Shown here: positions 19,216 through 29,874 of the stretch, in pieces
Layout of the letters: each line of letters opens with the position of its first letter
How positions within the stretch are numbered: position 1 is the stretch's first letter
NCBI GenBank assembly: GCA_041937175.2
Contig: CP166615.1
Span: 96,001 to 160,000 of the forward strand
Length of the DNA stretch: 64,000 nt
Source: Limnothrix sp. BL-A-16
GTDB taxonomy: Bacteria; Cyanobacteriota; Cyanobacteriia; CACIAM-69d
Reading direction: 5' to 3'
Notes under the pieces: generated by a model
Told to the model about the DNA's origin: nothing
What the model saw: only the letters and a program-made list of their open reading frames with translations
The model's database searches: none
Made by a program: the position numbers and the translations under genes

Positions 19216-20640
19216 ATGGCTTACGCACAGACGCAATCAAAAGCTGGCTACGACGCTGGCGTAAAAGACTACAAGCTGACCTATTACACGCCGGACTACA
19301 CGCCGAAAGATACTGATATTTTGGCTGCGTTCCGCATGACCCCGCAACCGGGCGTTCCCCCGGAAGAAGCTGGGGCAGCCGTGGCCGCTGAGTCCTCGAC
19401 CGGGACTTGGACCACTGTGTGGACTGACCTGCTGACCGACCTCGATCGCTACAAGGGTCGTTGCTACGATCTAGAGCCGGTTCCCGGTGAAGACAACCAA
19501 TACATTGCCTACATCGCTTATCCGCTGGATCTGTTTGAAGAAGGCTCCGTTACCAACCTGCTGACCTCGCTGGTGGGTAACGTTTTCGGCTTTAAGGCCC
19601 TGAAAGCGCTGCGTCTGGAAGACCTGCGGATTCCCGTCGCTTACCTGAAGACCTTCCAAGGCCCCCCGCACGGGATTCAAGTAGAACGCGATCGGATCAA
19701 CAAGTACGGTCGTCCCCTGCTGGGTTGCACCATCAAACCCAAGCTGGGTCTGTCGGCGAAGAACTACGGTCGTGCCGTTTACGAATGTCTGCGCGGCGGC
19801 TTGGACTTCACCAAGGACGACGAAAACATCAACTCGCAGCCCTTCCAACGCTGGCGCGATCGCTTCTTGTTTGTGGCTGATGCCATTCACAAGGCCCAAG
19901 CGGAAACCGGCGAAATCAAGGGTCACTACCTGAACGTGACCGCTGCCACCTGCGAAGAAATGCTGAAGCGGGCCGAGTACGCCAAAGAACTCGAAATGCC
20001 CATCATCATGCATGACTTCTTGACGGCTGGCTTTACCGCCAACACCACCCTGTCGCACTGGTGCCGTAACAACGGCGTGCTGCTGCACATCCACCGCGCC
20101 ATGCACGCGGTAATCGACCGTCAGAAGAACCACGGGATCCACTTCCGTGTGCTGTCGAAGTGCTTGCGGATGTCCGGTGGTGACCACATCCACACCGGTA
20201 CGGTGGTGGGCAAGCTGGAAGGCGACCAAGCCGTAACCCTGGGCTTTGTGGACTTGCTGCGCGAAAACTACATCGAGCAAGACCGCAGCCGTGGGATCTA
20301 CTTCACCCAAGACTGGGCTTCGATGCCGGGCGTGATGGCCGTGGCTTCGGGTGGGATCCACGTGTGGCACATGCCCGCACTGGTTGACATCTTCGGCGAT
20401 GACGCAGTGCTGCAATTCGGCGGTGGTACGCTGGGTCACCCCTGGGGTAACGCTCCGGGTGCAACGGCAAACCGTGTGGCTCTGGAAGCTTGTGTCCAAG
20501 CCCGTAACGAAGGCCGCAACCTGCTGCGCGAAGGTGGCGACATCCTGCGTGAGGCTGCTCGCTGGTCTCCTGACCTGGCTGTGGCCCTGGAACTGTGGAA
20601 GGAAATCAAGTTCGAGTTCGAGGCGGTTGATACCGTCTGA
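19216..20640 (+). CDS. rbcL: RuBisCO large subunit (form IB)
   Basis: [27 protein letters not shown]; true start MAYAQ at 19216. Confidence 0.99.
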   Translation: MAYAQTQSKAGYDAGVKDYKLTYYTPDYTPKDTDILAAFRMTPQPGVPPEEAGAAVAAESSTGTWTTVWTDLLTDLDRYKGRCYDLEPVPGEDNQYIAYIAYPLDLFEEGSVTNLLTSLVGNVFGFKALKALRLEDLRIPVAYLKTFQGPPHGIQVERDRINKYGRPLLGCTIKPKLGLSAKNYGRAVYECLRGGLDFTKDDENINSQPFQRWRDRFLFVADAIHKAQAETGEIKGHYLNVTAATCEEMLKRAEYAKELEMPIIMHDFLTAGFTANTTLSHWCRNNGVLLHIHRAMHAVIDRQKNHGIHFRVLSKCLRMSGGDHIHTGTVVGKLEGDQAVTLGFVDLLRENYIEQDRSRGIYFTQDWASMPGVMAVASGGIHVWHMPALVDIFGDDAVLQFGGGTLGHPWGNAPGATANRVALEACVQARNEGRNLLREGGDILREAARWSPDLAVALELWKEIKFEFEAVDTV

Positions 20641-20774
20641 TGATGCGGCGAGCCGGTTGATTGGCCGATCGAGGGGGAAGCCGCGCACCGATGGAAATCG
20701 GTAAGCCGGTAGCGGTTTCTGGATCTGCGATCGTCTAGCATCGTGAAAACGTTGGGCGATCGCGGAGGCTGCGT

Positions 20775-21182
20775 ATGGATCTCAAGCAAATTGCCAAGGA
20801 TACGGCCAAGATGCTGCAAAGCTATTTGACCTACCAGGCAATGCGGACTGTCCTCGCGCAACTACATGAAACTAATCCCCCCAAGGCGGTTTGGCTGCAT
20901 CGGTTTTCGGCGGAGAGCAATTTGCAGGATGGGGAAGCCTATTTGCAATCACTGCTGACCGTTGATCCGGATTTGGCCTTTCGTCTGATGACGGTGCGTG
21001 ATGAGTTGGTCAGTGATGTGACTGACTATTTGCCGGAGATGGTGCGTGAAGGGGTTCAAAAGTCCAATGGCCATCTCCGCCGCCAGCACCTCGAACGGCT
21101 AACACAACTGGTTTTGGCTGAGGAACCCGATCGACTCCTGGAATCGGAGCGGCGATCGGGTGACCACTCGATCGATGATTAA
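20775..21182 (+). CDS. rbcX: RuBisCO assembly chaperone
   Basis: MDLKQIAKDTAK.LQSYLTYQA, QDGEAY; between rbcL and rbcS. Confidence 0.97.
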   Translation: MDLKQIAKDTAKMLQSYLTYQAMRTVLAQLHETNPPKAVWLHRFSAESNLQDGEAYLQSLLTVDPDLAFRLMTVRDELVSDVTDYLPEMVREGVQKSNGHLRRQHLERLTQLVLAEEPDRLLESERRSGDHSIDD

Positions 21183-21276
21183 TTCCACTCCTGGAATTAG
21201 CCACGGGATGAGTGAATCGCATTCAAATTGCATTCGTTGAAGTTTTTTCTCTTCGCCCCGTTTGGAGACAACTGGC

Positions 21277-21612
21277 ATGAAGACTCTGCCCAAAGAGCGT
21301 CGTTTTGAGACCTTCTCGTATTTGCCTCCCCTCAGCGACCAACAGATCGCCAAGCAAATTCAGTACATGATTGACCAGGGCTACATCCCCGGCGTTGAGT
21401 TCAACGAGAACTCGGATCCCGAGGTGTACTACTGGACGATGTGGAAGTTGCCCCTGTTCAACGCGCGTTCGGTGCAAGAAGTGTTGACCGAAGTGCAAGC
21501 TTGCCGCTCGGAATATGGCAACTGCTACATCCGCGTTGTGGGCTTCGACAACATCAAGCAGTGCCAATCGGTGGGCTTCATTGTGCACCGTCCTAACCTG
21601 AGCCGCTACTAA
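21277..21612 (+). CDS. rbcS: RuBisCO small subunit
   Basis: [29 protein letters not shown]. Confidence 0.99.
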   Translation: MKTLPKERRFETFSYLPPLSDQQIAKQIQYMIDQGYIPGVEFNENSDPEVYYWTMWKLPLFNARSVQEVLTEVQACRSEYGNCYIRVVGFDNIKQCQSVGFIVHRPNLSRY

Positions 21613-21678
21613 GTCGCGGTGGGAGCTAGCTAGCGCGATCGAGATCGTTAGCGGCTAAAGTGGTCATTTTGAATGAGC

Positions 21679-21714
21679 AGCAGGGGTGAGGTTGACTCGC
21701 CCCTGTTTGTTTTT
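21679..21714 (+). terminator. rbcLXS terminator
   Basis: CAGGGGTGAG-gttga-CTCGCCCCTG followed by TTTGTTTTT. Confidence 0.8.
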
Positions 21715-21818
21715 CTGCGGGTTTTTTCCGTAATCCCGCCGATTGGCAGGGCATACTGAGAACAGGCTTGAAGGCGAATACCGGTCAATCGCTCACGGAT
21801 GCTACGGATGCTGGGTCT

Positions 21819-22340
21819 ATGGTGGAAATGAAGGTTGCGGGAATTGCATTGGATGCGGCGAGCCGCACGCCGATCGTGTTGCTTCGAGATACGGCCGATC
21901 GGCGTGCCCTCCCGATCTACATTGGGCCGGATCAAGCCAAGGCGATCATCAGTGCCATGGAGGATCGGCCACCGCCGCGCCCGCTCACCCACGATTTGAT
22001 GGCAAATTTGCTCCAGACTTGGGAAATGACCCTGGAGAAGGTGATTGTCCATTCGCTGCAAGATGGCACGTTCTATGCGGTGCTCTGTGTGCGGCAAGGG
22101 GATGTGCAAAAGGATATTGATGCGCGCCCAAGCGACGCGATCGCCCTGGCCCTGCGCACCGATAGCCCCATTTGGGTGATGGAGGAGGTAATTGCCGATG
22201 CTTCGGTGCCGGTCGATCGAGACGCGGACGAGGCCGAGCAAGCCGCTTTTCGGGACTTTCTCGCTAATTTACGCCCGGAGGATTTCTCGGAGCGGGGCAA
22301 TCGTTTCCAAGGTGAGCCGACTAGCGAATCGGAGAGTTAG
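21819..22340 (+). CDS. Bifunctional nuclease family (DUF151) protein
   Basis: MVEMKVAGIALD, LPIYIG, RPLTHDL, DARPSDAIALALR. Confidence 0.92.
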   Translation: MVEMKVAGIALDAASRTPIVLLRDTADRRALPIYIGPDQAKAIISAMEDRPPPRPLTHDLMANLLQTWEMTLEKVIVHSLQDGTFYAVLCVRQGDVQKDIDARPSDAIALALRTDSPIWVMEEVIADASVPVDRDADEAEQAAFRDFLANLRPEDFSERGNRFQGEPTSESES

Positions 22341-23496
22341 GACGGCAAAAGCTGACGCGGCTGTAAAGGGCGAAGGCGGCATCTTCGCGCATGGGCTGGG
22401 CGTTGCGGCGAGGAACAGGGATTTGGGGATTGAGCCGATCGAGTAATTCTCGGTAATCCAAGGCTGTTTCCGCAAAGCCGGTGAACCGATCGAAAACCCG
22501 GGCGGTTGGGGTTTGCTGAGCCACAAAGGTCACGAGGGCGTTCCATTGGGTGCGCCGGGTGGGGCGACCGTCATCCAATTCCTGCACAAAGGAGTTGGGC
22601 GAAAATCCCATGGGCGCAAAGGCCACGCCCCGATCGAACTGATAGGCACTTTCGCAAAGGCGCAAAATGCAGCCCCGATCGGGTAAATGCAAATCCACAA
22701 GAGGAACCCAATCTTGGGTTTGATCTCGGCGCACAATTTGGCCGCGCGCATTCAAATCAATCACCGATTCCACCACGGGCACGGCTCCTAACACCCGTTG
22801 GCTCACCTCCGCCCACCGAAAGGCTAAGGTTCCCAACTGGTGTCGATCGTTTTCGCAAATCACGATCGGGTCTGGATCAACGGATTGGAAATGTTTGATG
22901 GTGAAAGTTTTGACGGCTTGTACCGCTTTTTCATCCACACAGAAGCAGGGAATTTGGTGTGATTGGAGGGCTTCCGCATAGACTTGCAGTTCTCCTAAGA
23001 GGCCGGTGCGATAGAGTCGCCAATCGCGGCTGGGCAACTGCATTCGGGCGGTGTAGGGATCTAAGTCAAAAATGCGGGCAAATTGTTTCGCCGCTTCCGG
23101 GCGATCGTCCGGGGCGATCGGCTCCAAAATTAAAATGCCGTGGGCGGGTTTTTGGGGGCGATCGCCCTGGTTGGCGGCTTGATGGGCGGTGGCTCGGGCT
23201 TGGGTAATGGCGGCTTGGCGCTGGGTGCGATCGGCCGTTTCCAAGCGCTGCAACCCCTGACGAGCTTGGGCCAAAATCTTGGGATTGGGGTTGGTGGTGT
23301 TTCTCAGCAACTCTCGATAAATGGGTTCCGCCACTGCTGGCCGCCCCGCCAGCTCATGGAGCCGCGCCGCATAGAGTTGCACCCAAGGATCGCGCGGGTG
23401 GCTCGTGAGCAGTGGATTCAGCAACCGGGCGGCGGTGCGATAGTCCTTGTTTTTAAAGGCTTCGATCACGCGATCGATTTCGGGGGGACGACTCAT
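22321..23496 (-). CDS. Conserved cyanobacterial TPR-containing protein
   Basis: N-terminal TPR-like helices (DPWVQLYAARL..AE.IYRELL), long open frame; overlaps the convergent gene by 20 bp. Confidence 0.75.
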   Translation of the reverse strand: MSRPPEIDRVIEAFKNKDYRTAARLLNPLLTSHPRDPWVQLYAARLHELAGRPAVAEPIYRELLRNTTNPNPKILAQARQGLQRLETADRTQRQAAITQARATAHQAANQGDRPQKPAHGILILEPIAPDDRPEAAKQFARIFDLDPYTARMQLPSRDWRLYRTGLLGELQVYAEALQSHQIPCFCVDEKAVQAVKTFTIKHFQSVDPDPIVICENDRHQLGTLAFRWAEVSQRVLGAVPVVESVIDLNARGQIVRRDQTQDWVPLVDLHLPDRGCILRLCESAYQFDRGVAFAPMGFSPNSFVQELDDGRPTRRTQWNALVTFVAQQTPTARVFDRFTGFAETALDYRELLDRLNPQIPVPRRNAQPMREDAAFALYSRVSFCRPNSPIR

Positions 23497-23651
23497 GGGC
23501 GATCGAACCTACGATGGCCGTTGCAGCAAGGGATGGGGGAACTAAACTCAACTCAATTCAACCAAACCCAAAAATCTAGATCCCAAACGACTAGCTCCCA
23601 AGCCGCTAGCTCCCAAACTAGACGCTAACAACGATTCAAGGGGAAGGAATT

Positions 23652-24272
23652 TTGATTATGGATCCAAGCATGGCACAGGTATGGCGGCGGTTGCGAGTGA
23701 CGATCCTCGGCGCTGTAATTGGCGCGATCGGAACCGGAGCCATGGCTGGCCCGCAGTCCGTGGCCGCCACCCTCACTCAGCCCCACCGGGCCGAGACCCA
23801 ACCGGAGCGCCCCCAAATGCCACCCCGAACGCCACCCCGGATGCGTTCACCAGTGGAGTTGACCGAAAATCAGGTTCGATCGCGCTTGGAAGGGCTGCTG
23901 GCCGCCATCAAAAACCAAGACATTGAGGCGATCGTCAGCTTCTATGCACCCAATGCGGCAATTCGGGCAACGGTGAACCTTGCCGGAGGATCCCAAATTA
24001 TTCGGCTTGACGGTCGCCAACAAATTCGAGATTTGCTGGAGCTAGCCTATCCCCAAATGCGCATGACCGCCGTTCGCTACGAAGATTTGGTGATTGAAAT
24101 TGCGCCCGATCGCTCCCAAGCGGTGGTGACCTGCACCCTGTTTCAGTCGGCGATGGCTCGCGATCAACCCCTGAACAGTGTGGCCAATCAGCGGTTGGTG
24201 TTTCGAGTCATTGATCAAGAAATTTTGATCACCGAAGATATTTCTGAGGAAAGGAGTCGGAGTTTTCCCTAA
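23652..24272 (+). CDS. Exported NTF2/SnoaL-like fold protein
   Basis: Signal-like N-terminus; AAIKNQDIEAIVSFYAPNA...GRQQIR; start uncertain. Confidence 0.7.
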   Translation: MIMDPSMAQVWRRLRVTILGAVIGAIGTGAMAGPQSVAATLTQPHRAETQPERPQMPPRTPPRMRSPVELTENQVRSRLEGLLAAIKNQDIEAIVSFYAPNAAIRATVNLAGGSQIIRLDGRQQIRDLLELAYPQMRMTAVRYEDLVIEIAPDRSQAVVTCTLFQSAMARDQPLNSVANQRLVFRVIDQEILITEDISEERSRSFP

Positions 24273-24371
24273 AATTAGCCCCAACCTAGCGGCCCTGTGG
24301 GAAATTCGTGACCGGGAAAATTGCCCAAAGATTCCCACGCTGAAAACCGGAAACCCCGTGGAAAATATTGA

Positions 24372-25487
24372 TCAAGACTCAGCAGAATTCTGAAAGCGTG
24401 GGGCGCGGCCGTCATGACTCATGATGTGCAAATCCACTGACTGCTCCGTTAGGAGATTCATCAATCGGTAGGTTAAAGAGCCGCGCAGCAACAACTGCCA
24501 CCGCGATCGACGAGTTTCGCCCAGCACAATTTGTGTAATTCGATAATCTCGGGCCACTTTGGCGATCGCCTGGGGAATATTTGACGCTTGAACTTGTAAA
24601 AACTCCCCCCCAAACTCCTCGCAAAGTCGTTGACAGCCCTCAATTTGTAACGCTTCGTCTTTGCTTAAAAATCGATCGGGCGGACAAACAAATAAGCTAT
24701 ATAAGGGCGCATTCATATAGTTCGCCAACCGCGCTGCCCGTCGTAATAGGCGCATTGATCCCTCGTAGGTCGAAACACAGACCAACACTCGCTCGTGAAT
24801 ATTACAAAACGGGGTGCTGGAATCCTGATCGATCGCCTGTTCTTCAACATTGTCGGCCACCTCTCGTAACGCCAATTCTCGCAGAGCAATCAGGTGGCGA
24901 CGCTGAAAGAAATTGGTCAATGCCTGGGGAATTTTATCCAGGGCATAAACCTTCCCATCCTGTAGGCGCTCTTCTAAGGTTTCAGGGGTGACATCAATCA
25001 CCACCACCTCATTCGCTTCCTCAAGAATTCGATCGGGCACGCGCTCCCGAATCACAACGCCGGTAATTTGAGTCACGAGATCATTGAGGCTTTCTAAATG
25101 CTGAATATTCAGCGTCGAAAACACATCAATTCCCGCCGCTAAAATCAGCTCCACATCTTGATAGCGTTTGGGGCGATCGCTCGTGGGCACATTCGTATGG
25201 GCCAGCTCATCAATTAACACCAACTGGGGCTGGCGATTGCAAATGGCCGCCACATCCATTTCCGGGAGTAACCGATTTTGATAAGCAATTTGGGCAGGGG
25301 GAACCACCTCCAGCCCGATCGCTTTGTCGGCGGTTTCCTTGCGGCCATGGGTTTCCAATAACCCAATCACCACATCCATGCCCTCTGCTTTCAGTTGCTG
25401 GCCCTCTTCCAACATGCGGTAAGTTTTGCCGACACCGGGAGCCATGCCGATGAAGACTTTATGTTTACCGCGTTTGGGAATGTGCAT
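24372..25487 (-). CDS. kdpD: Short KdpD (N-terminal KdpD domain + Usp domain, no kinase)
   Basis: KVFIGMAPGVGKTYRML, ETHGR, IDELAHTN, TLNIQHLESLND, LRELALR; Usp domain at the C-terminus. Confidence 0.9.
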   Translation of the reverse strand: MHIPKRGKHKVFIGMAPGVGKTYRMLEEGQQLKAEGMDVVIGLLETHGRKETADKAIGLEVVPPAQIAYQNRLLPEMDVAAICNRQPQLVLIDELAHTNVPTSDRPKRYQDVELILAAGIDVFSTLNIQHLESLNDLVTQITGVVIRERVPDRILEEANEVVVIDVTPETLEERLQDGKVYALDKIPQALTNFFQRRHLIALRELALREVADNVEEQAIDQDSSTPFCNIHERVLVCVSTYEGSMRLLRRAARLANYMNAPLYSLFVCPPDRFLSKDEALQIEGCQRLCEEFGGEFLQVQASNIPQAIAKVARDYRITQIVLGETRRSRWQLLLRGSLTYRLMNLLTEQSVDLHIMSHDGRAPRFQNSAES

Positions 25488-25538
25488 TGACCGATCAACC
25501 TAAGCAAACGTCAAACGGTGTGGCTAGGAATTAGCCGA

Positions 25539-27038
25539 TCATCGCCCATTGCCGGGCTTCGCCTTGTTGTTCAAGATGCTGTCGAGGGTCTGCCCCGGGG
25601 GCAAATCTGTGAAGACCCGATCGCCCGGTTTGATGCCTTGGAGCACCTGCACCTGATTGCCCAAGGTGGGGCCCAAAACCACCGCGCGAAACTCGGGTTT
25701 TTGGGTGGCATTGGGAACTAAAACGCCCGTGCGACCGCGATTGGTCACCACGGCCACCGTTGGCACAACCACCGCTTGGGGCAGGCGATCGCCCAAAAAG
25801 ACCAAATCCACATTCATGCCCGATCGCAACACCTCCTGTCCCGACAGAATCGCCACGCGCACTTCAAAGGAGGTGACATCGCGCTCCCGAATCGCTTCCG
25901 GAGCCACCAGCTTCACCCGTCCCCGAAAGACCCGATCGGGATAGGCATCGGCCGTAATTTCCACCGTTTGCCCCAACTTGATTTGGCCGATGTCCACTTC
26001 CGGAACTCGGGCCAACACCTCCAAACCACTGGCCAGCGCCGCGATCGAGGTGGAAGTTGCCCCACTGCCGGAGGAAGCGGACGTGGTGGGAGTCACGAAG
26101 GAACCGGGTTCCGCATACTTTTGGGAAATGAATCCGGCAAAGGGCGCACGCACCACAGTGTCATTCAATTGCGTTTGGATCAGGGCCATTTGGGCCCGGG
26201 CTTCGGCCACATCGGCCCGGGCGGCGGCAATATCTTCAATCCGGGAACCGTTCCGAATTCGATCGCGCCCCTTTTGGGATTCCAGCAACGCCGCCTTCGC
26301 CCGATCGACATCCGCCTTGGCGCTGCGGGCCTCTTGCTCAAACCCATCCAGGCGATCGCGCTCAATTACTCCTGCTTCTGCCAGCGATCGGTTGCGCTCC
26401 AGCCGTTCCCGCGCCAAATCAAGCCGCGCCTGGGCACTCACCACATCCGCGCGCGATCGGTTCACCCGGGCTTCCGCCTCTGCAATTTCTTCCGGTCGAT
26501 TGCCCGTTTGGGCCTCCGCCAGCCGTGCTTGGGCCCGCGCCAAGCCGGCCTGGGCCCGCGCCAGTTGCGCCCGCATTTCCGAATCATCCATTCGGGCAAT
26601 CACTTGGCCCTTTTGCACCGCATCCCCCTGCTCCACATACAACTCCACCAAGCGCCCGGAGGTTTTGGGACTCAGGTTCACGGTTTGGATCGGACGAATG
26701 GTGCCGCTCGCATCGATCTTGACTGTCAAATCAGCGGAGGTGACCGGAACGGTCAGCTTGGCCAAGGGATCAACCGCCGGATCCGCCGGCTTGCGCAATT
26801 GCCACAGACCCCAACCGGCGGCTCCCAAGATCGCCGTGGCCGCCACCCCCAGCAAGGGCCAAAACAAACGGCGCGATCGCTGCTCCCATTGGTTCAGCTC
26901 CTGGAGTGCCGAGGGTGAGGTCTGAAGGACAGATCCAGAGTCCGAATCAGCAGCCGGGGCACTTGATGGGGATTGCTGGGCCGTGCCCGATCGACCTGCA
27001 TTCGATCGCTGGGTATCAGGCTGAGACTCAAGTTGCAC
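25539..27038 (-). CDS. Efflux transporter periplasmic adaptor (HlyD/MFP family)
   Basis: TM anchor, SPKTSGRLVELYVEQGD, coiled coil, RAPFAG, VPEVDIG, LRSGMNV. Confidence 0.9.
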   Translation of the reverse strand: MQLESQPDTQRSNAGRSGTAQQSPSSAPAADSDSGSVLQTSPSALQELNQWEQRSRRLFWPLLGVAATAILGAAGWGLWQLRKPADPAVDPLAKLTVPVTSADLTVKIDASGTIRPIQTVNLSPKTSGRLVELYVEQGDAVQKGQVIARMDDSEMRAQLARAQAGLARAQARLAEAQTGNRPEEIAEAEARVNRSRADVVSAQARLDLARERLERNRSLAEAGVIERDRLDGFEQEARSAKADVDRAKAALLESQKGRDRIRNGSRIEDIAAARADVAEARAQMALIQTQLNDTVVRAPFAGFISQKYAEPGSFVTPTTSASSGSGATSTSIAALASGLEVLARVPEVDIGQIKLGQTVEITADAYPDRVFRGRVKLVAPEAIRERDVTSFEVRVAILSGQEVLRSGMNVDLVFLGDRLPQAVVVPTVAVVTNRGRTGVLVPNATQKPEFRAVVLGPTLGNQVQVLQGIKPGDRVFTDLPPGQTLDSILNNKAKPGNGR

Positions 27039-27250
27039 AGGTTGCTACTCAGAACGCGCTAACTATGTTCATTATGAAAGGGATTTGGCGAACTGCGGGA
27101 GCCGCCGCCCGGTGAAATCTCCACACCCGGCGATCGCCCCAGCGGTCTCCCGATCGTCCCCAGTTTTTGCCCCCCGCGTTGCCCAAGATCCCGCCCTAGC
27201 CAGGCCAAGCGCTTCCTCAAAAAATTTTTTGAAAATTTTTTGGCTGCCTA

Positions 27251-27279
27251 TTGGGAATTTTCGATCCTTGTGCTATTGT
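27251..27279 (+). promoter_or_regulatory. Sigma70-type promoter of the tRNA pair
   Basis: TTGGGA-N17-TATTGT with extended TG, ~20 nt before tRNA-Tyr. Confidence 0.55.
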
Positions 27280-27298
27280 TATCTCCCGTGGTGGAAGC

Positions 27299-27383
27299 GG
27301 GTCGATGCCCGAGTGGTTAATGGGGACGGACTGTAAATCCGTTGGCTATGCCTACGCTGGTTCAAATCCAGCTCGGCCCACCA
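27299..27383 (+). tRNA. trnY: tRNA-Tyr (GTA), encoded CCA
   Basis: GGGTCGA...CTGTAAA anticodon loop, long variable arm, GGTTCAAATCC, TCGGCCCACCA. Confidence 0.97.
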
Positions 27384-27387
27384 CCCC

Positions 27388-27459
27388 GCCTCTGTAGCTC
27401 AGTGGTAGAGCGCACCCTTGGTAAGGGTGAGGTCACGAGTTCAATCCTCGTCAGAGGCT
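27388..27459 (+). tRNA. trnT: tRNA-Thr (GGT)
   Basis: GCCTCTG TAGCTCAGTGGTAGAGC, CACCC-TTGGTAA-GGGTG, GAGTTCAATCCTC, CAGAGGC. Confidence 0.97.
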
Positions 27460-27540
27460 CTTTTGACAAGCTCGTTAGGGTCTTTGAGCCTCTATTGTCA
27501 ACCCTAATTCAATCTCTATAGCGAATTGAGCGCACCAGTT

Positions 27541-28749
27541 ATGGCCGCGTCTAACTTCGATTGGCTCCATCGCGGAACCGCCGATATTTTTCCCAACCAG
27601 CCTGACTCAACGGATCCGGCCCAGAACCTAGAGCGGTTGTTGGCCACGACCGATCGCCCCTTGCGTGTCAAGCTCGGCATTGACCCCACCGGCAGCGATA
27701 TTCACCTGGGCCACAGCATTCCCGTTCGGAAATTGCGAGCCTTCCAGGATGCGGGCCACACCGCCGTCCTGATTATCGGCGATTTCACCGCTCGCATTGG
27801 CGACCCCACCGGTAAATCGGAAGTGCGCAAGCAACTGACCGAAGCGCAAGTGCAAGCCAACGCGGAAACCTATTTGGATCAGGTGCGATCGATCCTGGAT
27901 TTTGAAACGCCTGGCCGCCTGGAGGTGCGCTACAACTCCGAGTGGTTAGCCAAGCTGGACTTGGGCAAAATCCTGGAACTCCTCAGCACCATGACCGTTG
28001 GCCAAATGTTGGCCAAGGAAGGATTTGCAGAGCGCTATCAGCAGGAAAGTCCCATCTTTTTGCATGAATTTCTCTATCCGTTGATGCAGGGCTACGACTC
28101 CGTGGCCGTGCGGGCGGATGTGGAACTGGGTGGCACAGATCAAAAATTCAACCTAGCCGTAGGGCGAGATTTGCAGCGCCACTTTGGTCAAAAACCGCAG
28201 TTTGGATTGCTCACGCCCATCTTGATTGGGACTGATGGGGTGCAGAAAATGTCCAAATCCCTGGGTAACTATGTGGCCCTGCGAGAAGACCCGCTTACCA
28301 TGTATTCCAAGCTGGAAAAGGTGGCCGATGCGCAACTGGAAACCTACTTTGAACTGATGACGGATTTACCGTTGGATCAGTTACCCGAAAATCCCCGCGA
28401 TCGCCAGAAATTGTTGGCCCTGGAAATTACCCAACAAATCCATGGCGAGGCGATCGCCCTGCAAGCCCAAAAGGATGCCATGAATTTGGTGTCGGGCGGT
28501 GGCGGTGCGGAAAATGTGCCGGAGTTTTCCTTGGCTCAGGTGGAATTTCCGGCTCCAATTTTCTATCTGTTGAGTGCCACAAAGTTATGCACTACCAGTA
28601 GCGAAGCCCGTCGCCAAATTCAAGGGGGCGGTGTAAAACTGGATGGCGAAAAGCTAGCGGATGTGAACCAAAAGTTTGAATCGGCGGCGGATTTGTTGGG
28701 CAAAGTGCTGCAAGTGGGAAAAAAGAAATTTGTGCGATTAGTGGCCTAG
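27541..28749 (+). CDS. tyrS: Tyrosine--tRNA ligase
   Basis: [29 protein letters not shown]-terminal S4-like domain. Confidence 0.98.
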   Translation: MAASNFDWLHRGTADIFPNQPDSTDPAQNLERLLATTDRPLRVKLGIDPTGSDIHLGHSIPVRKLRAFQDAGHTAVLIIGDFTARIGDPTGKSEVRKQLTEAQVQANAETYLDQVRSILDFETPGRLEVRYNSEWLAKLDLGKILELLSTMTVGQMLAKEGFAERYQQESPIFLHEFLYPLMQGYDSVAVRADVELGGTDQKFNLAVGRDLQRHFGQKPQFGLLTPILIGTDGVQKMSKSLGNYVALREDPLTMYSKLEKVADAQLETYFELMTDLPLDQLPENPRDRQKLLALEITQQIHGEAIALQAQKDAMNLVSGGGGAENVPEFSLAQVEFPAPIFYLLSATKLCTTSSEARRQIQGGGVKLDGEKLADVNQKFESAADLLGKVLQVGKKKFVRLVA

Positions 28750-28760
28750 GAACAACCCAA

Positions 28761-28914
28761 AGCCCAGTAGCGCGACAGGCTTAATACATTGGGTCAAAGT
28801 TGCGGAGCCAGTCGTGGTAACAAGGGGCTTGAGCATCTTGCTGCTTAACGATCGGGTGGCGGTAACAGCCATATCATTTAACCCAGCGAATTAAGGCAGC
28901 CACGCTACTAGCCT
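28761..28914. mobile_element. MITE-like element, arm type C (long imperfect TIR), variant core CAAGGGGCTTGAGCATCTTG
   Basis: Left agcccagtagcgcgacaggcttaatacattgggtcaaa vs reverse complement of right aggctagtagcgtggctgccttaattcgctgggttaaa; core at 28821. Confidence 0.65.
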
Positions 28915-28916
28915 GA

Positions 28917-29047
28917 GAGGATGTCTGAAAAGCCAAAATCGATACTCTGCACGCCTCATCGATCGACGAAGACAAGGGGCTTAAGCCCCTTGCCCCCACG
29001 ACTATTGGTGCATTGCCCGTGCCAAAAGACACTTTTCAGACATCCTC
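28917..29047. mobile_element. MITE-like element, arm type A, 131 bp
   Basis: Perfect 16-bp TIR GAGGATGTCTGAAAAG/CTTTTCAGACATCCTC, TGA on both flanks, perfect core at 28973; inverted homolog of the 2710 copy. Confidence 0.85.
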
Positions 29048-29240
29048 TGAGAGTTGATCGCCCCTGGCAACCGACAAAACTCGGTTGTTATACTGGCTGG
29101 TCGGGCTAGCCTCTCCTGCGTGGTGCGGTGTCTATGGTGGTTGAGTGTTTCCAGCTTTCAACCAAGCTTGGCCATGTTGGGCTAAGCAACATTGGGCTGG
29201 GCAAGGCTTGGCTAGGGTTAATCAACAATTGGTGATTCCC

Positions 29241-29852
29241 ATGTTTAAGAATTTGGCTTCGGATGCCTTGGGCCTCAGTGACATTGGAGTGGTGATTCGT
29301 CCCCAGGATTACGGCAAAGTTGACGCGGACGACTACATCATCAATGAAGAAGGTGAGAAAATCTATTTTTTGATTAAGTCCAAGATGGATGAATATTGCT
29401 TCACCAACTTGGCGCTGATCCATGTGGATGGCACATCGGCTGTCAGCAAGAAACGCACTTTGCGGCGCTTTAACTATGCCCACCATGCCATTTCCCATGT
29501 GACTTTGGAAACAGCGGGAACGCTCGATCGGGATGTGGAAATTAAGTTTTCCATGGGCAGCCAGCATTACTCGATCGATGTGGCCAAAGTCCATATTCAC
29601 GAACTCAAGGACTTGTATAAAGCCCTGCTGAAAATCGCTTTGATTCAGCAGGAAAATACTGCGTTTCATGGCTATGCACAAACCAGCTTGAACACGGCGG
29701 CCACCACCATCAGTCGATCGACCAGCACTTCAACGGCCGAAGAGCAATTCAAGGCCATTAACCAATACGCATTCAATTGGTTAAAGTTGGCCCATGAGTC
29801 CTATGTGCGCAAAGATTTTGGGGAAGTTTTCGAGAAGTTTATTAATAACTAA
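29241..29852 (+). CDS. Bacterial PH-domain protein (YvbH-like)
   Basis: ASDALGLSDIG, DEYCFTNLALIHVDG, LETAGTLDRDVEIKF, RKDFGEVFEKFINN. Confidence 0.85.
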   Translation: MFKNLASDALGLSDIGVVIRPQDYGKVDADDYIINEEGEKIYFLIKSKMDEYCFTNLALIHVDGTSAVSKKRTLRRFNYAHHAISHVTLETAGTLDRDVEIKFSMGSQHYSIDVAKVHIHELKDLYKALLKIALIQQENTAFHGYAQTSLNTAATTISRSTSTSTAEEQFKAINQYAFNWLKLAHESYVRKDFGEVFEKFINN

Positions 29853-29874
29853 CTGCGGGCGGGGTTGGGGCTTA

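Noticed and set aside
19471..20688. 405-aa ORF antisense to rbcL (also long antisense ORFs over ispH, pilQ, MFP, pdhA, sps, psbD, rubrerythrin)
   Set aside because: Shadow frames from codon bias in GC-rich genes; no recognisable motifs
27388..27459. tRNA-Thr as prophage/island attachment site
   Set aside because: No integrase and no duplicated tRNA 3' end seen; tyrS follows directly
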